The notes beneath the pieces are model-generated. The model did not search any database and was not told the origin of the DNA. It was given only the letters and a program-made list of their open reading frames with translations. The position numbers and the translations under genes were made by a program. From NCBI GenBank assembly GCA_025594325.1, contig JANHCV010000001.1, positions 1,736,001-1,800,000 on the forward strand: DNA of 64,000 nt, written 5' to 3'. The stretch is from Blastocladiella emersonii ATCC 22665 (Eukaryota > Fungi > Blastocladiomycota). Positions 60,833 to 64,000 of the stretch are shown piece after piece (positions within the stretch are counted from its first letter, which is position 1; each line of letters opens with the position of its first letter).

Positions 60833-63121
60833 TCAGAGGTGCAGGACCTCGACCGCGTACCGCTCGCGCTGGGCGATCTCGCGGCGCTCGCGCATCTTGC
60901 CGTCGAGCCCGACGTACTTATCGACGGCGCGGCGCTCGGCGGCGCGGCGCGCCTGCATGCGGAACCACTCGAGCGTGCCAAGCGTGTCCTCCTCGGCCTC
61001 GAGCGCGTCGACGTGCGGCTCGAGCGCGCCCAGGAGGCCCGCCATCTGGCCCGCCAGCACCGCCGCCGCCTCGGGCGTCGTCAGCAGCAGCGTCGTCAGG
61101 TGCGTGTCGAGGACCGCGTTGAGCCACGGCACCGCGACCGCCGCCTCGCCGTCGCGCACCAGGTCCGACAGCACCTGCACCAGCACCATGGCGTCCTCGG
61201 CCGACACGCTCGCGAGCGCCGCGTGTGCGAACACGTCCGTGTGCGGGTACGCCAGCGCGCGCAGGAACAGGCGCCGCACCGTTGCCGGCGTCGCCTCGGC
61301 CGGCGCCAGGAACGACGCCGCGGGCGGGTCGCCCGACAGCGCGCGCACCAGGCGCAGCAGGAACGCGACCAGGTGCTCCTCGGTGATATCGACGGCGCGC
61401 GCGAGCACCGACTCGAACGTGGCCGCCGGGATTGCGTCGAGGGCCGCGAGCGCGCCCAGGACGCCGCCCGGGTGCGCGCACGCCGCGTCGCGCACGGCCG
61501 AGTGCGTCAGCAGGTGCTCGAAGGCGCGGCGCGAGAACAGGTTGCGCGCCGAGAAGAGCTTGTGCGTCACGGCCTTGGCCACCGCGTACGACACGGGCTG
61601 CCCCGCGCGCCGCTTCGTGTACTCGGTCAGCGCGCGCTCGAGCGCCGCCGCCGACTTGGCCGACTGTACCGCCGCCAGCGCCGCAGTCTCGGTCGTCTGC
61701 GTCGTCGCGACCGCCGACTTCCACTCGCCGACATTGTCCGTGGTCGGGAGCGCCACGCGGACCATCGACGTCGTGGTGGCGGTGGCCGCAGCAGCAGCAG
61801 CCTTGGCCGAAGCCGGCTCAGCAGCGCGGGCGCGGCCGAGGACCGAGAGCAGCGTCACGGGCGGGAAGGTGACCTCGGACCGCAGGATGACGGCCTTGGA
61901 CGTGGACGACCGCTTGCCCGACGCCGACACGGCGAGCGACGCGAGCAGGTGGTTGTCGACGGCGAGCAGGTCCGGGAGCACCGCCGACGCGCTCGTCGGG
62001 ATCTTACCCGCGCCGTTGGCCAGGTGCTGCAGCAGGTCGGCGTCGAACGTGGTGGTCCCCTGCGCCGTGCCGAACTGCGCGTCGTACACGCCCACGCCAA
62101 ACACGGACTTGTCGGCCGCGGGCGCGCCGTCGCGCAGGCAGTGCAGGACGGCCACGTACCGGTTGGGCAGCGCCGTGACGCGCAGCGGCTGGTACGCGGC
62201 GGGGATCGCGACCGCGGACGTGGACACCTCGATGGCGGACGCCGAGGCGACGGTGAGGACGTGGCTGACGACGCGCGTCGGGCACAGGACGGCGAGGTGG
62301 CGCGTCACGGCGTGGAACGAGATGTGCAGCCAGTCGGGCTTTGCCGCCGCAGCCGCGGAAGCGGGCGCGCTGTCGGCGGTGAGCGTCGGCAGGTCCTGCG
62401 CGTGCACAACCTCGAGGTTGGGCTCGTTGCCGTCGTCGAGCACCTTGACGACGACGAGGTGTGGTGCGCGCTGGCCGGCAATCTGCAGGACGAGCAGTAG
62501 GTGCTCGACGTCGGCAATGGCGAGTGGGTGCGCGAACACGACCGTGGCGGCGGGCGACGCTGCACTGTCGGCATCGGTATCGGCGGAAGAGGTGCCGACG
62601 GCGAGGTCAAAGGTGGCCGTGTCGGCGAGGTCGTGGGTGACGAGCGAGACCTTACCGGTCGAGTGGACGACGACGAGGCGGTTGGCGAGGCGCGTGGGGG
62701 CAAAGAGGGCAAAGATTGGGTGGTCCATGCGCAGCTCCTGGCGCTTGGTCGAGTCGCTGGCGCACGGCCACGCCCAGATGGTCTTGAGCGAGGCCTGGCG
62801 CGGCAGCTCAATGTGCTGCTTGATGGGCACGAACAGCATCTGCTTGGGCGCGTGCAGCACGGGGCTGGCCGCGAACACGGTCTTGGGGTGCGACGCCCAC
62901 ACGGACACGCGCTTGATGTCGTGCACGTTGAAGACGGCAATCGACTGCCCCGACAGGGACACGGTCACCCGCGGGTGCTCGGGCGCCGCACCACTGGCGG
63001 CCCCGGCGGCGCCGGCGGCAACGAGGGCGCTCGCGGCGGGCTCCTCGGTGCGCGACAGCAGCGGCGCGACGGCGGCCGCGGGCGACGTGACCACGGTGAA
63101 GCGCACGGTCTTGCTGATCAT
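60833..63121 (-). CDS. NOL11/Utp8-like SSU processome (t-UTP) component
   Basis: Propeller-like N-terminus; C-terminal WLNAVLDTHLTTLLL..PEA and terminal YAVEVLHL resemble NOL11/Utp8. Confidence 0.65.
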   Translation of the reverse strand: MISKTVRFTVVTSPAAAVAPLLSRTEEPAASALVAAGAAGAASGAAPEHPRVTVSLSGQSIAVFNVHDIKRVSVWASHPKTVFAASPVLHAPKQMLFVPIKQHIELPRQASLKTIWAWPCASDSTKRQELRMDHPIFALFAPTRLANRLVVVHSTGKVSLVTHDLADTATFDLAVGTSSADTDADSAASPAATVVFAHPLAIADVEHLLLVLQIAGQRAPHLVVVKVLDDGNEPNLEVVHAQDLPTLTADSAPASAAAAAKPDWLHISFHAVTRHLAVLCPTRVVSHVLTVASASAIEVSTSAVAIPAAYQPLRVTALPNRYVAVLHCLRDGAPAADKSVFGVGVYDAQFGTAQGTTTFDADLLQHLANGAGKIPTSASAVLPDLLAVDNHLLASLAVSASGKRSSTSKAVILRSEVTFPPVTLLSVLGRARAAEPASAKAAAAAATATTTSMVRVALPTTDNVGEWKSAVATTQTTETAALAAVQSAKSAAALERALTEYTKRRAGQPVSYAVAKAVTHKLFSARNLFSRRAFEHLLTHSAVRDAACAHPGGVLGALAALDAIPAATFESVLARAVDITEEHLVAFLLRLVRALSGDPPAASFLAPAEATPATVRRLFLRALAYPHTDVFAHAALASVSAEDAMVLVQVLSDLVRDGEAAVAVPWLNAVLDTHLTTLLLTTPEAAAVLAGQMAGLLGALEPHVDALEAEEDTLGTLEWFRMQARRAAERRAVDKYVGLDGKMRERREIAQRERYAVEVLHL

Positions 63122-63585
63122 CTCACGTGGGCGGTTGCTAGGGCGCAAAATTCGGCGGACGGGGGCGGCAGGCGGGCGGGTCGAGCGCGAGGGGACGGCG
63201 GCAGGCGATCCAGGGGCCGCAATTCGTTGATTCGTGTGCGATACGTTGCGTGGTGCCGAGCAGCGTCGAGCAGGAGGGAGAAGGGGACGAAGCTGGCCGG
63301 AAGCGCGAGACAGCCGAAAACCAGCCCGAACCGGCTCGGCGTGATCGGGGCGAAACCGCCTGCCATCCCTGTCGTCTCGCAATTACATCACCGTTTTGGA
63401 GAGGCTGACGGTTGATCGCGCCGCGCCGCCCACGCACCGCCGCCGCGCGGCGAGAAAGTCCGAGCGCTGTCCCGCCCAGTGTCCCGCCCCCCGCCACCCC
63501 GGGCATCCCTTTCCCCCTCTCCCCCGTGCGGGCTCCGACCGATTCAACCCACCAAGCTCTCTCTATTTGCTCTGTATCAACAACC

Positions 63586-64000
63586 ATGGCAACGACGAAG
63601 CGCTCTCGCGGGTCGGCCGCGGCCGCCGCGCCGCCAGTGCCGCGCAAGCAGTCCGCCAAAGCCGCCAGCGCCTCGGCCAAGGAGTGGAAGCCCAACCCGC
63701 TCATGGCTGCCTACCGGAATCATCAGATTGGTGTGTCTCTAGGCGCCCGACCCGCCGCGGCGCGAGGATCCTCGCCGTGATGGTCGAGGGAGGGACTCGC
63801 GCCTGCTGGCGCGCCAGCAACCTTGTCGTCGAGCGAATTGTTCACCGTCATCTCGCCCTCGCCGCTGCGCTGCCGCTCGTGCGCGATCTACTCGCGCGCA
63901 CCGTGTAGACGTGCCCGCTGCCCTCGTCGCCGTGACGCTGGCCGCCACGTACCTGGCGCCCGGCTCGCCGTTCGCGCACCTCGCGCTGCCCTCGCACCCC
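63586..64000 (+). CDS. 5' part of a membrane protein gene, possibly ceramide synthase (LAG1/LAC1-like); runs off the window
   Basis: MATTKRSRGS...AAYRNHQI|DVPAALVAVTLAATYLAPGSPFAHLALPSHP after a GTGTGT...GTGTAG intron. Confidence 0.4.

Overview
GC-rich, gene-dense eukaryotic DNA with short GT-AG introns (mostly about 55-100 nt; GTACG donors, CTRAC-like branch sites, YAG acceptors). Axonemal dynein IC (DNAI1-like) and lebercilin-like genes occur alongside fungal-type housekeeping genes. This points to a flagellated (zoosporic) fungus, plausibly Blastocladiomycota (inference). Recognisable genes: GSNOR/ADH3, ZNF706-like, DNAI1, stomatin-like 2, RPL37, ATG9, LCA5-like, SPT5, RVB2, KXD1, an ABCC transporter, a bacterial-type (class II) HMG-CoA reductase with a long unknown C-terminal extension, an SDR, MRS2/LPE10, a long-chain acyl-CoA synthetase, a MEIS/KNOX-type TALE homeobox gene and NOL11/UTP8. 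Accessory features: (i) a 2.6-kb element with perfect 87-bp terminal inverted repeats around a frameshifted P-superfamily-like transposase, next to a tandem pair of kelch-like type I membrane protein genes; (ii) three dispersed tRNA-Gly(CCC) genes, two of them bracketing a 5.8-kb rearranged block that holds an intronless metacaspase fused to DxDGDG repeats, a decayed copy of its tail, a truncated farnesyltransferase-beta gene and an orphan ORF; (iii) several orphan or secreted low-complexity proteins. All protein assignments come from motif recognition by eye; no database searches were run.
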